The notes beneath the pieces are model-generated. The model was not told the DNA's origin, did no database searches, and saw nothing but the letters and a program-made list of their open reading frames with translations. From Spirochaetia bacterium (GTDB taxonomy: Bacteria; Spirochaetota; Spirochaetia; SZUA-6; Bin103), in NCBI GenBank assembly GCA_965203055.1, contig OZ241863.1:3264001-3328000 (forward strand): a DNA stretch of 64,000 bases. The letters are read 5' to 3'. Numbering within the stretch: position 1 is the stretch's first letter; the number at the start of each line of letters is the position of its first letter. Below, piece after piece: positions 46,946-57,020 of this stretch. The position numbers and the translations under genes were made by a program.

Positions 46946-48875
46946 CCAGTACCGCCTGTGGGGCCTCGTCCCGACGATCGCGGTTCCCGCCAGGGCCAGC
47001 CGGTGCGACCAGACCCATTTCCGTAAGAAACTGCGAGGGCGGTTTGCGGTATCCGTAATACTTACGGGCTCTGGTCAACGTGAGGGTATCGCTGGCGCGG
47101 GTGACCGCCACGAAACAGTTCCTGCGCTCCTCCTCGACCTCCTTGCTGAACATTCCCCGGCGCAGCGCCTGGAACGACGGCAGCACTTCCTGCGCCAAGC
47201 CGATCAGATAGACGTGCTTGAACTCCAGGCCCTTCGCGCGGTGCACGGTCATGCAGCGCACGGCATCCTTACCGGGCCGCGGTTCCTTCGACGCCAGATC
47301 GAGTTGCGGAAGATAGTCGTGCAGCGTGATGCCGCTGCCGTGCTCGCCCATGATCTCGTGGTGAAGCGTGCGCCACGTATCGACTTCCTCTTTGGTAACC
47401 GCGCCGTCGCCGTTGCCGCACCACTCCTTCCACCCCTGGTCGAGGAACGCTTCGATCACCGCCGGAAACGCAAGCGAATCGACCAGCTCAGAGCGAATCA
47501 CGCGCAGCGCGCCGGCGGCTCGCTGGTCGGCAACCGCCCCCGCAGCGTCGGCCCACGAACGCAGAAAGTCGCCGCCGACCAGCGCCGCCGCGGCCGCCAC
47601 CGTTTCCGGCTCCAGCGCGGTTCCGCTCAGCGCTTCCCATGCCAGGCACAGCCGGCGCAGGATCGTCCGGTCGTGGCGCGCGTTGGCCAGCCGCAGGGCA
47701 TGCAGGATCGTGCCTACCGCGGGAGACTCGAACTCCCTGGTCCTCTGCGGCAGGTGCGCGTCATAGCCGGCGCTGCGCAACGCGGCGGCGGCGCGCTCGA
47801 TGAGCTTCACCGTACGCCCGATGACGACGCATTCGGCGGCAAGCAACTCCCGCTCCGCCATGTCTTGCGCCACGAACGCGGTCTCTTGCTCAGGTGATTC
47901 GAATACCTTGCACCGCACCACGTCGCTGCGCTGCGCGCCGCCCGATTGAGCGCTGATCGGCTTCTTGCCGGAATCCCGCTCCATGTTATGCGCGATCAAC
48001 CGGTTCGCGAGCTCGACGATCGGCTGCGGGCAGCGGTAGCATTCCGGCAACTGCACGATCTTCGGCTGATATTCCCGGCGCAGCCGCCGGAGCCGTTCCG
48101 GGCTGGCGCCGTTCCACTGGAAGATGATCTGATCGTCGTCGGCGACCACGAACAGATTGCGCGGCGCCGGCGCAATGAGGCGCAGCAGTTCGTACTGCGC
48201 GTTGTTCGTGTCCTCAAACTCGTCGATGCAGACGTGCGACCAAGCGAGGCGCAGCCCGCGCGCAACGCCGGCCTGCTCCACGAGGAGCCGGCGGGCGAAG
48301 TGCAGCAGACTGCCGTAGTCCAGCCGGTTGGCGGCGACCAGAGAGTCGCAGTAACCCCGGTACAGACGCGGCAGCCAGGCGGGGGTATCTAGCAGGAACG
48401 GCGCCTGCCGGCCGCCGTCGTACGATTTGGCGAACAGCCGATCGATCAGGTGCACGAGGTTCTTTCGGTCGGCGGGCGGCGATTCCTCCTCCTCCGGCTC
48501 CTCCGGCAGTTGCGCGATCGTCTCCTCCAACACCGCGATGCGGTCCTCGTCCTGCACCAGCAGGCTGAAGTCGGGCCGCAGCCCCACGTGGCTGCCGTGT
48601 TGGCGCAGGAGATCGGCGGCGAACGCATGGATGGTGCACAGGCGCGCGCGGTCCGTCCGCCCGCCGAGCAGCGCATCGAGGCGCTCCCGCATCTCCGCAG
48701 CCGCCTTGTTGGTGAAGGTAAGCGCCAGCACCGAGGCGTGTTCGTCCGCTTCGATCACCCGCGCCACGCGCTGCGTCAGCACCGTAGTCTTGCCCGAACC
48801 CGGCCCCGCCAGCACCAGCAGCGGCCCGTCGTCCCAGCCCACGGCGGTCCGCTGGTTTTCGTTCAAGGTCTTCAC
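46938..48875 (-). CDS. UvrD/Rep family ATP-dependent helicase
   Basis: LNENQ, AGPGSGKT, LTFTNKAA, IDEFEDT, MTVHRAKGLEF, EERRNCFVAVTRA; GTG start overlaps Res stop. Confidence 0.9.
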   Translation of the reverse strand: MKTLNENQRTAVGWDDGPLLVLAGPGSGKTTVLTQRVARVIEADEHASVLALTFTNKAAAEMRERLDALLGGRTDRARLCTIHAFAADLLRQHGSHVGLRPDFSLLVQDEDRIAVLEETIAQLPEEPEEEESPPADRKNLVHLIDRLFAKSYDGGRQAPFLLDTPAWLPRLYRGYCDSLVAANRLDYGSLLHFARRLLVEQAGVARGLRLAWSHVCIDEFEDTNNAQYELLRLIAPAPRNLFVVADDDQIIFQWNGASPERLRRLRREYQPKIVQLPECYRCPQPIVELANRLIAHNMERDSGKKPISAQSGGAQRSDVVRCKVFESPEQETAFVAQDMAERELLAAECVVIGRTVKLIERAAAALRSAGYDAHLPQRTREFESPAVGTILHALRLANARHDRTILRRLCLAWEALSGTALEPETVAAAAALVGGDFLRSWADAAGAVADQRAAGALRVIRSELVDSLAFPAVIEAFLDQGWKEWCGNGDGAVTKEEVDTWRTLHHEIMGEHGSGITLHDYLPQLDLASKEPRPGKDAVRCMTVHRAKGLEFKHVYLIGLAQEVLPSFQALRRGMFSKEVEEERRNCFVAVTRASDTLTLTRARKYYGYRKPPSQFLTEMGLVAPAGPGGNRDRRDEAPQAVLDG

Positions 48876-51800
48876 TTGGCCGGCGGCGGCTCGCTGATTG
48901 CGGCGTCGAAGTCTTCCTGCAGGGTGTAGACGTCGGTGAGCTCGGCGAAGTCCCAGCGGCCGCAGGAGCGCAGTCCGTTCACTCCCGGCACCCAACAGGT
49001 CTTCATGGTCGCCTTCTTTTCCTTGGCGTCCTCGCGCCGGTAGCCCTTGATCTCGACCACCAGGTGGAGCGGGTCGTCCTCGCCGCGGCCGTCGTCCACC
49101 AGCACGATGAAGTCAGGGAGATAGGTGCGCGCCTCGGCGCCGCAGCGATAGGGCACTTCCAGGCCCAGGCCGTGGTTCTTGACGTAGGCGCGGACCCGCG
49201 GGTGCGATTCGACGAAGCGGCAGAACTCCGCCTCCCAGTCGCTGTCGCACACCACCCAGTTCACGTGGCAGCGGCGCGGATCGGTCTGCCAGCGGGTCTG
49301 CCTGGAGGTGGTGAAGTTGACGTGGATCGTCGAACCGGCCGGGTTGTACGGATCGAGCACGGCCGTGACGGGGCGCTCGCCGACGTGGCGCGCCACGATG
49401 CCGCGCGTGATGCGCAGGCAGGCGCGGTCCGCCAGTTCCCGGTAGATCAACTGGGCGGGGAAGGTGCCGCCCTTGCAGATCAGGTGATCGTGCAGCCACT
49501 GCCGCGTGATGCGCTTGAGCTGGCCGAACAGATGCAGCTTCGGCTCCTCGCCGGGATCGCGCCAATGTTGTTCCAGCAGCGTCTTGGTGAGATGGTACGT
49601 CACCGTCGACGGGCGCATCGCCTTGAGATGGTCCAGGCTGAGATCGACCCCCTCGCCGATGATCCCCTCGTTGCGGGTGATGGACGGTCCCACCAGCTCC
49701 GGCGTGAGCACCAGCGTCGAGTCTTCGGTGAACGCCGCGGCGACGTGCTCGTCCGGCAGTTCCACGCGGTAGCCCCGCACGTGCGGAAAGCGGAGCTCGC
49801 AGCCGTCCCGGTCCGGCGTGATCGCCCTGACGGTTACGGTGGCGCGCGCCTTCTGCGGTCTGGCGACCACCGGCTCGGCGGTGAAGTCGAACGGGATGCC
49901 GAGCACGTCGGCGTACTCGACGTCGAACCGCCCCTCCTCGTTCAGCTCGTAGGACTGCCGGCGCAGAGCGCGCCCGACCACCTGCTCGCACAGAAGCTGG
50001 GTGCCGAACGCGCGCACGCCCAGGACGTGGGTGACGGTGCGCGCGTCCCAACCCTCGGTGAGCATGGCGACCGAGACCACGCAGCGGGTCTCGCCCCCCA
50101 GCCGGCCCGCCATGCCGACCGTGTTCATCACCTCGCGCAGCAGGTCCTGGTCGGAGAGCGCCTCCGCCTGGCGGCGGTCGCCGGTGCGCTCGACGATCTC
50201 GCGCCGGAAGCGCGCGATCTCGTCGCCCGCGGCGGCCCGGAAGTCGGCGCCGAGCGCCTCCCCGGAATCGAGCTGCTCGCTGTCGATCAGCAGGGTGCGC
50301 GGCCGGGCGAGCTGATTGCCGTACTCGTCGAAGTTGCGGAACAGCGCCAGGCGCCCGTTCTCCAGCGTGGTGGAGCCGTCTTCGTTGCGGCGCTCGAAGC
50401 CGGCGATGTAGTCGTACACCAGCTTCGAGGTCGCGGTGTTGTTGCAGACCACGATGAAGCAGGGCGGCGCCTCGATGCCCGCCTCCCGCCACTGCTCGAA
50501 GGTCGCGGCGTAGTGACCGTAGAGCGCTTCGAGCGCGGTCTGCAGCTCCACGGGGATGTTCAAGGGATCGAGGCCGCCGGCCTTGCCGCGGCCCTTGCGC
50601 GGCATGCGCCGGCCGACGTGCGCCCACAGGTTGCGGAACTTGGGCACGTCGGCGCCGGGGATGTTGTCGGCCACCGGCACGCGCGGCAGCTTGACGATGC
50701 CGCACTCGATCGCGTCCATCAGCGAGAAGTCGCTCATCGTCCACGGGAACAGCGTCCCCTCGGCGTAGCCGGAACCGCGCAGGAAGAACGGCGTGGCCGA
50801 CAGGTCGATGACGCGGCTCAGGCCGAGCTTGCGCTGCACCGCCTCCAGGCCGGAGATCCAGACCCGCGCCGCTTCCTGGTTCTTCTCCGCCTCCCGCCGG
50901 TCCTCCCCCTTGAGGTCGCCTTCCTCGCTCTCCTCCCGGGGGCGCTCGCGGTAGCAGTGGTGCGCCTCGTCGTTGAACGCCAGCACCCGCTTCATGCCCA
51001 TGAGGTCGGGCATGACCCGCTGCAGCATCTGCCCCTCGGTCTCCTGCGTGCGCAGCTTCGGGCCGCGGCCCTGCAGCAGGGAGCGCCCGCCGCGCGAGAG
51101 CTCCTGCGTCTCGCGGCGCATGAAGGCGTGGTAGTTGGTGATGACGATCTTGGCCCGGTGCAGGTCGCCGAGCAGATCGCGCGGCACCAGCTCGCGGCTG
51201 CGGTAGTAGCTGTCCGGGTCGTTGGGCTGCAGCACGCGCAGCCGGTCGCGGATGGTCAGCCCCGGCGTGACCACCAGGAAGCCGCGCGTGAACCGGCGGC
51301 TGCCGGGATGGCGCACCGCGTTGATCGTCTGCCAGGCGATCAGCATGGCCATGACGGTCGTCTTGCCGGCGCCGGTGGCGAGCTTGAGCGCCAACCGGGC
51401 GAGGATCGGGTTGGCTTGCTCGTTCACCGTCTCCAGGTGGTCGAGGAACTGCCGTCCGCGCGCCCCGGCCGGCGCGGCCTCGGTCAGCCAGATCACCGTC
51501 TCCGCGGCTTCCACCTGACAGAAGAACGGCCGCAGGCCGCTGAACCGGTGATGCCGCCAGTGGTCCAGCAGGCGCGCGGTCTCGGGCGTGACCCGCCAGC
51601 GGGCGCGCGGCAGCCGCCGCCACTCGTCCACGGCGCGGCGCACGCTGTCGATGAGCGCCGACAGGTCGTATTGCTGGCCGTCGGCCTCCAACCCGGCCGC
51701 CGCGGTGTCGAACACGATCTCCCGCTGCCGGCCGCGCTGCTTGCGGACCGGCGGAATCGGCGTGATGAACGAGACGCGGCGGCGGCGGTCGGCGATGCGG

Positions 51801-51892
51801 TTGGTGGGCTGGCGGTTCTCGTCCAGCTCCCAGTGCCGTCCCGGATACTCGTACGGCGAGTTCAGGACCGGCCGCCGAAAGAACTCATCCAT
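48872..51892 (-). CDS. Type III restriction-like DEAD/DEAH helicase-endonuclease (Res)
   Basis: ATGAGKT, NDEAHHCY, DLSATP, MLTEGWD, EQVVGRALRR, YLPDFIV...VVEIKG. Confidence 0.9.
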   Translation of the reverse strand: MDEFFRRPVLNSPYEYPGRHWELDENRQPTNRIADRRRRVSFITPIPPVRKQRGRQREIVFDTAAAGLEADGQQYDLSALIDSVRRAVDEWRRLPRARWRVTPETARLLDHWRHHRFSGLRPFFCQVEAAETVIWLTEAAPAGARGRQFLDHLETVNEQANPILARLALKLATGAGKTTVMAMLIAWQTINAVRHPGSRRFTRGFLVVTPGLTIRDRLRVLQPNDPDSYYRSRELVPRDLLGDLHRAKIVITNYHAFMRRETQELSRGGRSLLQGRGPKLRTQETEGQMLQRVMPDLMGMKRVLAFNDEAHHCYRERPREESEEGDLKGEDRREAEKNQEAARVWISGLEAVQRKLGLSRVIDLSATPFFLRGSGYAEGTLFPWTMSDFSLMDAIECGIVKLPRVPVADNIPGADVPKFRNLWAHVGRRMPRKGRGKAGGLDPLNIPVELQTALEALYGHYAATFEQWREAGIEAPPCFIVVCNNTATSKLVYDYIAGFERRNEDGSTTLENGRLALFRNFDEYGNQLARPRTLLIDSEQLDSGEALGADFRAAAGDEIARFRREIVERTGDRRQAEALSDQDLLREVMNTVGMAGRLGGETRCVVSVAMLTEGWDARTVTHVLGVRAFGTQLLCEQVVGRALRRQSYELNEEGRFDVEYADVLGIPFDFTAEPVVARPQKARATVTVRAITPDRDGCELRFPHVRGYRVELPDEHVAAAFTEDSTLVLTPELVGPSITRNEGIIGEGVDLSLDHLKAMRPSTVTYHLTKTLLEQHWRDPGEEPKLHLFGQLKRITRQWLHDHLICKGGTFPAQLIYRELADRACLRITRGIVARHVGERPVTAVLDPYNPAGSTIHVNFTTSRQTRWQTDPRRCHVNWVVCDSDWEAEFCRFVESHPRVRAYVKNHGLGLEVPYRCGAEARTYLPDFIVLVDDGRGEDDPLHLVVEIKGYRREDAKEKKATMKTCWVPGVNGLRSCGRWDFAELTDVYTLQEDFDAAISEPPPAK

Positions 51893-51921
51893 CATCGGAA
51901 TGCTCACGCCCATCTACCGCT

Positions 51922-54486
51922 TCAGTGGGGGAGGTAGGCGGCGTGGAGCTGCTCGGCGGCTGCTCCGGCGGCGATCAAGCGGTCGATCCGGGCGTCGTCG
52001 TGGCCCAGCTCGCGCAGGATGGCGCGGGTGTCGCTGCCCACTTTCGGCATCGGGCGGGGGATCCGCAGGCGGCTGTTGGCGAAGCGGGCGTAGGTGGGAG
52101 CCGGCGTGTCGGCGGGGCTGCCGACCGGGTGGTCGAGCAGGCGGATCACCGAGATGGCGGAGCCGCCGCTCCACGCCGCGCGCTGCTCGTCGGTGAGCTC
52201 GCGCAGGCCGGCGCGGCGCACGTCTTCGATGCAGTCTACGCGGTGGCAGCCGAATCCCGCGGCGTTGAACGCGCGTTCCCAGTAAGCCACCGGCCGGGTG
52301 CCGATGGCGGCTTGCAGGGCGGCAATCCGCGCCGCCTCGTCGCCGGCGTCGACCGGTACCGCCGCCAGCTCCGCAATCTCCCGCAGCCGCGGCAGGTCCG
52401 CCGCCAGGCCGGTCAGCGCCAACCAGCCGTCGGCCGCGCGGTAGAGGTGTTCCAGGGAGTGCGCGCCCAGCGCTTCCTGCCCCTGCGGGCCGTCGTCGGG
52501 TTGGCGGTCCGCGGCGGCCCAGGCGAACGGCGCCTGCACCAGTTGCGCGCCCTGCGCCAGCGAGGTGAGCACCAGGTCGCCGCCGCCCTCCCGCTTGCGG
52601 CGCAGCAGGGCCAAGGCGATGCCGTAGGTGCCGGAGTAGCCGGTGAGGTAGTCGATGCAGGAGGCGAAGCCGTGCAGCTCCGGGCGCGCGCCCGGGCCGC
52701 CGTAGCGGCGCATGATCCCGGTCGCCGCCTGCAGCACCGGATCGAAGCCGGGCAGATCGGTCCACGGCCCCGGCTTCGGCCCGTTGAACGCGGTCAGGTT
52801 GAGGTAGACGATCTCCGGGTTGAAGCGCGCCACGCTGGCGTAGTCGATGCCCAACCGCTCGGCCACGCCGGGGCGGAAGTTGTGCACGATCACGTCGGCA
52901 GCGCCGGCCAACTGCTCGAACACCTGCTTGCCGGCCTCCTGCTTGAGATCCAGGATCATGCTGCGCTTGCCCTGGCTCACCTCGATATGCGCCCAACACA
53001 TGGTGAAGGGGCCGAAGTAGGGGTCGGGCGCGTCGATCTTGATTACCTCCGCGCCATACTCCGCCAAGGTGCGGGCGCAGCAGGGGCCGGCCAGCACGGT
53101 GGACAGATCGAGCACCTTGAGACCTGCCAGGATCTGCGCCCGCGCCTGCGGCCGCGCTGCAGGGCGCCCCGCGCCGTTCGCACTGCCATTGCCGCCCGCG
53201 CGGTCGGCGTCCCCGGCCGCTGCCGGCCACGCGCGCAGCAGGGCGGGGAGATCGGCCGGACGGGCCGGGCGCGGGGTGAGCCAGCGCTCCCCGGTGCGCC
53301 CCAGGGAGGTCTGCACGCCAAGCTGGCGCAGCGCTCCGTGCAGCGGATCATCGATCTCCACGGTGAGCGCCGCGGCCGCCGTCTCCGGCGCCTGCAGCCA
53401 CTCCCGGGTGGTGCGGTGGACGCTGAACGGCACCCCGAAGCGGCGCATGATCGGCGTCCAGGCGGCGGCCGGCCGCTGCCGGAAGGCGGCCGCCATCCGC
53501 TCGCGCAGCGTCACTTTCCATTCCGGCGACATACCGTCCACGTCCTGCAGGTTGTTGTCACGGGTAAGATCGGGGTAAGGCGCGGCGTCGACCATGCCGT
53601 CGGCCAGCAACCCGTCATAGATGCCGAGCGCCTTGACGAGCTGCGCCGCGTGGCGGCGGTTGCCGCCGGCGAGCAGGAACACCCAGCCGCCGTCGCCGGC
53701 CTGGTAGCTGTCGAACATCGGCGGCTGGGTGGGGCGCAGCCGGTCGATCAGCCGCCGTTGCTCGGCGGCGCCGGCCCGCCGCATCCGCTCGCGCAGGGCG
53801 TCGCGGGCGGGATTGGGGCGCTTGCCGTAGCGTGCCGGCGGGTCACCCACGCGCAGCAGGAAGGCGCCCATCGCCGACAGCGCGGCGCCGGCCAGCGGCA
53901 CTTCGATCACCTCGCCGCGGCCGCTGTCTTCGCGCGCGTAGAGCGCCAGGGTCACCGCCAGCGCGCCGTGGATCGCGCCGTAGGCGGACGCCAGCGGGAT
54001 CGGCGTGTAGAGCGGCGGCGCCTGCAATTCGCGGCGGATCGAGTGCAGGTCGGTGAACAGCCCGGTGGCCGCGCCGAGGACGCCTTCGAAGGCGCGCAGC
54101 GCGGCGCGCTCCTCGCCGGCGCCGAACCCCGGCAGGGAGAGGTACACCAGCCGCGGGTTGGCGGCCGCCATGGCGGCGGCGCCAAGTCCCAGGCGTTCCA
54201 TCACCCCGGGGCGGAAGTTCTCGATCACCACGTCCGCCGCCCGCACCAGTTGGAGCGCGGCGCCGCGCCCGGCGGCGCTCTTCAGATCCAACTCCAGGGT
54301 CTGTTTGCCGCGGTTGAATACGGCGCCGGCCGGCGTGGCGCAGTCCGGTTGGCCGGGGCGCGCCACCTTGATCACCTCGGCGCCCTGATCGGCCAGCAGC
54401 ATCCCGGCCAGCGGTCCGGCAAGGTAATGGCCGAAGTCGATAACCCGAACGCCCGCCAGCGGCGGCTCTGCAGTCGATCCCGTCAC
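51922..54486 (-). CDS. CaiB/BaiF family CoA transferase, tandem double domain
   Basis: Two repeats of LAG.(R/K)V.D..LAGP...LA..GAEVIK, GK..LDLK, ADVV(I)..NFRPGV.ERLG. Confidence 0.9.
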   Translation of the reverse strand: MTGSTAEPPLAGVRVIDFGHYLAGPLAGMLLADQGAEVIKVARPGQPDCATPAGAVFNRGKQTLELDLKSAAGRGAALQLVRAADVVIENFRPGVMERLGLGAAAMAAANPRLVYLSLPGFGAGEERAALRAFEGVLGAATGLFTDLHSIRRELQAPPLYTPIPLASAYGAIHGALAVTLALYAREDSGRGEVIEVPLAGAALSAMGAFLLRVGDPPARYGKRPNPARDALRERMRRAGAAEQRRLIDRLRPTQPPMFDSYQAGDGGWVFLLAGGNRRHAAQLVKALGIYDGLLADGMVDAAPYPDLTRDNNLQDVDGMSPEWKVTLRERMAAAFRQRPAAAWTPIMRRFGVPFSVHRTTREWLQAPETAAAALTVEIDDPLHGALRQLGVQTSLGRTGERWLTPRPARPADLPALLRAWPAAAGDADRAGGNGSANGAGRPAARPQARAQILAGLKVLDLSTVLAGPCCARTLAEYGAEVIKIDAPDPYFGPFTMCWAHIEVSQGKRSMILDLKQEAGKQVFEQLAGAADVIVHNFRPGVAERLGIDYASVARFNPEIVYLNLTAFNGPKPGPWTDLPGFDPVLQAATGIMRRYGGPGARPELHGFASCIDYLTGYSGTYGIALALLRRKREGGGDLVLTSLAQGAQLVQAPFAWAAADRQPDDGPQGQEALGAHSLEHLYRAADGWLALTGLAADLPRLREIAELAAVPVDAGDEAARIAALQAAIGTRPVAYWERAFNAAGFGCHRVDCIEDVRRAGLRELTDEQRAAWSGGSAISVIRLLDHPVGSPADTPAPTYARFANSRLRIPRPMPKVGSDTRAILRELGHDDARIDRLIAAGAAAEQLHAAYLPH

Positions 54487-54594
54487 GGTTCGGCAGCATA
54501 GCCAGCCGCCGGACCGGTGTCGAGGAGACGGCGCCCGCCGGGCCCGCCGGCGGTTTGCCATGAGCGCCGCGCTTCGGGTAGGGTCGGGCGCATC

Positions 54595-56280
54595 ATGGCA
54601 ACTATGACCGGCGCGCGTTTCGTCGCCGAAATGACCCGCGGGTATGGCATTACCCACGTGTTCTTCATGCCGTTCTTCGGCCCGCGCACCCTGATGGAAA
54701 TGGAGAAGCTGGGCATCCGCCGCATCCAGACCCACGGCGAGAAGGCGGCCGCGTACATGGCCGACGCCTACGCCCGGGTCCGGCGCGGCCCCGGCCTGTG
54801 CATGGCGCAGTCGGTGGGGGCGGTGAATCTGGCCGCCGGGCTGCAGGATGCCTGGTTGGCGTGCTCGCCGGTGATCGCGCTGACCGGTCGCGAGCTGCTC
54901 GACAGCCAGCAGCGCCACGCCTACCAGGAAGTGGATCACGTCAAGCCGTTCACCACGGTCGCCAAGTACAGTGCCTACGTCGGCGCCGCGGAAGATCTGC
55001 CGGTGTACCTGCGGCAGGCGTTTCGCGCCGCGACCAGCGGCACCCCGGGACCGGCGCACCTCGATCTGGAGGGGCTGGCCGGCCAGGTGGTGTTCGACCG
55101 CGAGGCGGACCTGGAGGTGATCGTCGAGCAGCCCTTTACCGGAGTGCCGGCGTTTCGGCCCGAGGCGGACGCCGGCCAGGTGGCGCAGGCGCTGACCCGG
55201 CTCGCGCAGGCGCAGCGGCCGGTGATCGTGGCCGGCGGCGGGGTGACCGCCTCCGGGGCGCGGGCGGAGCTGATTGCGTTCGCGGAACGGCTCTCCATTC
55301 CGGTGGCCACGGCGCTCAACGCCAAGGCGATGTTTCCGGCTGACCACCCGCTGGCGGTGGGGGTTCCGGGGTCCTACTCGCGCGAATGCTCCAACCGGAT
55401 CGTGTGCGAGGCCGATCTGGTGTTCTTCATCGGCAGCCACACCGGCGGTCAGGTCACCAACGGCTACACCATCCCGCCGCAGGGCAGCCGCATCATGCAG
55501 CTCGACGTCAACGCCGCGGAGCTGGGCCGCAACTACCCGCTGGAGGTCGGGCTGCAGGGCGACGCCAGGAATACGCTGCGGCGCCTGCTGGCGCACGCCG
55601 AGGCGCACCCCGAGCTGACGCCCGAGCGCGGCGCCTGGGTGGCGCGGGTGCAACAGGCGGTCGCCGCCTGGAAGGAGAGCGTGCGCGACGTGGTCGAGTC
55701 GGACCTCGCGCCGATGCGGCCCGAACGGCTCTGCGCGGAGCTGGCGCGCTACCTGCCCGAGAATGCGCTGCTGGTGTCCGACACCGGCCACTCGGGGGTG
55801 TGGACCGGCACCATGCTCGACCTGGGCCATCCCGGCCAGGGGTTCATCCGCTGCGCCGGCTCGCTCGGTTGGGGGCTGCCGGCGGCGCTGGGAGCCAAGT
55901 GCGCGGCGCCGGACCGCCCGGTGCTCTGCTTCACCGGCGACGGCGGCATCTGGTATCACTTGGCGGAGCTGGAAACCGCCGCCAAGTACGGCATCAACAC
56001 GGTTACCCTGGTCAACAACAACCACTCGCTGAACCAGGAGAAGGGCGGCAACGAGCAGGTCTACGGCGGCCAGACTCCCGGCTCCGACGATCTATGGATC
56101 TTCCCGGACGCCGACTTCGCCGCCATCGCCGAGTCGCTGGGCTGCTTCGGCATCACCGTCAACCGCGCCGCCGAGCTGCCCGCCGCGCTCGACCAGGCGT
56201 TCGCCGCCGGCCGCCCGGCGGTGGTGGACGTGAAGACCCACCTCGAAGGGATCGCGCCGCGCGCCTGGACCCCGCGGTAG
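54595..56280 (+). CDS. Thiamine pyrophosphate-binding enzyme (acetolactate synthase-like)
   Basis: EKAAAYMADAYAR, GSLGWGLPAALGA, GDGG...NN TPP motif. Confidence 0.92.
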   Translation: MATMTGARFVAEMTRGYGITHVFFMPFFGPRTLMEMEKLGIRRIQTHGEKAAAYMADAYARVRRGPGLCMAQSVGAVNLAAGLQDAWLACSPVIALTGRELLDSQQRHAYQEVDHVKPFTTVAKYSAYVGAAEDLPVYLRQAFRAATSGTPGPAHLDLEGLAGQVVFDREADLEVIVEQPFTGVPAFRPEADAGQVAQALTRLAQAQRPVIVAGGGVTASGARAELIAFAERLSIPVATALNAKAMFPADHPLAVGVPGSYSRECSNRIVCEADLVFFIGSHTGGQVTNGYTIPPQGSRIMQLDVNAAELGRNYPLEVGLQGDARNTLRRLLAHAEAHPELTPERGAWVARVQQAVAAWKESVRDVVESDLAPMRPERLCAELARYLPENALLVSDTGHSGVWTGTMLDLGHPGQGFIRCAGSLGWGLPAALGAKCAAPDRPVLCFTGDGGIWYHLAELETAAKYGINTVTLVNNNHSLNQEKGGNEQVYGGQTPGSDDLWIFPDADFAAIAESLGCFGITVNRAAELPAALDQAFAAGRPAVVDVKTHLEGIAPRAWTPR

Positions 56281-56369
56281 TAGCGCCGCGGCGCAGCCCG
56301 GCAGCCCGCGAGGGCGGACCCGGGGGGCGGCCGCCGCGGGTCGCGCCGCCCCGGCGCCGCGGAGCGGCG

Positions 56370-56993
56370 CTACTGCGGCGCTTTGGGCGGTGACGGAGGG
56401 GGCGGATCCGCTGGGCCGGCGGGCGGGTTCGCATCCGGCGGGGATGGCTGCGGCGGAGTGGATTCCGGTTCCTCAGCCGCCGGCACCGCCGGCGCGTCAT
56501 CCGTTTGCGGTCCGTGGTCCTCGAACGGGATGCCGCAGAAGGTCGCCAGCTTGACCGCGGAGTTTCGGGTCTCCTGCAGCGAGCTTCCCTTTACCATGTC
56601 CAGCCCGTAGCTCTTGCCGTCGCGGTCCACCACCGACAGAATCGCCGCCGCCCGGCTGATGGCGCGCACCATCCGCGGGCGCTCGTGGTGGGCCGGGCCG
56701 ACCTCGCGCAACACCACGCGCTGCAGCCGATCGAGGGGCAACCGCTTGCGGGTGTGCAGGAACAGCAGGCCGACGTTCTTCTCGAACAGGTTGCGTTCCT
56801 TGTCGAACACCCAGCGCTCCAGGTACAGCGCTCCGAACACGCTGAGCGCGAGGAAGATGACCACTATCACGTTGGGCTGCCGCATGCTCACGATCAGGAA
56901 CACCGCAATGGCAGCGAACACCACGCGAAACGCCACCGAGGTGGAGTACACCAGGCGCCGTTCCGACACCTCCCGGAGAATCGGATTGAACAA
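56370..56993 (-). CDS. Hypothetical membrane protein, two TM helices, Pro-rich tail
   Basis: Two hydrophobic segments near N-terminus; purine-rich SD-like sequence upstream. Confidence 0.65.
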   Translation of the reverse strand: MFNPILREVSERRLVYSTSVAFRVVFAAIAVFLIVSMRQPNVIVVIFLALSVFGALYLERWVFDKERNLFEKNVGLLFLHTRKRLPLDRLQRVVLREVGPAHHERPRMVRAISRAAAILSVVDRDGKSYGLDMVKGSSLQETRNSAVKLATFCGIPFEDHGPQTDDAPAVPAAEEPESTPPQPSPPDANPPAGPADPPPPSPPKAPQ

Positions 56994-57020
56994 CCTCGCT
57001 CCCCTTATGCGCTTGCGGCG

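Noticed and set aside
54487..56025. N-terminal extension making the CoA transferase 1367 aa
   Set aside because: Antisense to the TPP enzyme; CoA-transferase similarity starts at ~54486
56281..56372. GC-rich inverted repeat between convergent genes as a terminator or REP
   Set aside because: Short match in extremely GC-rich DNA, no U-tract, no second copy recognised
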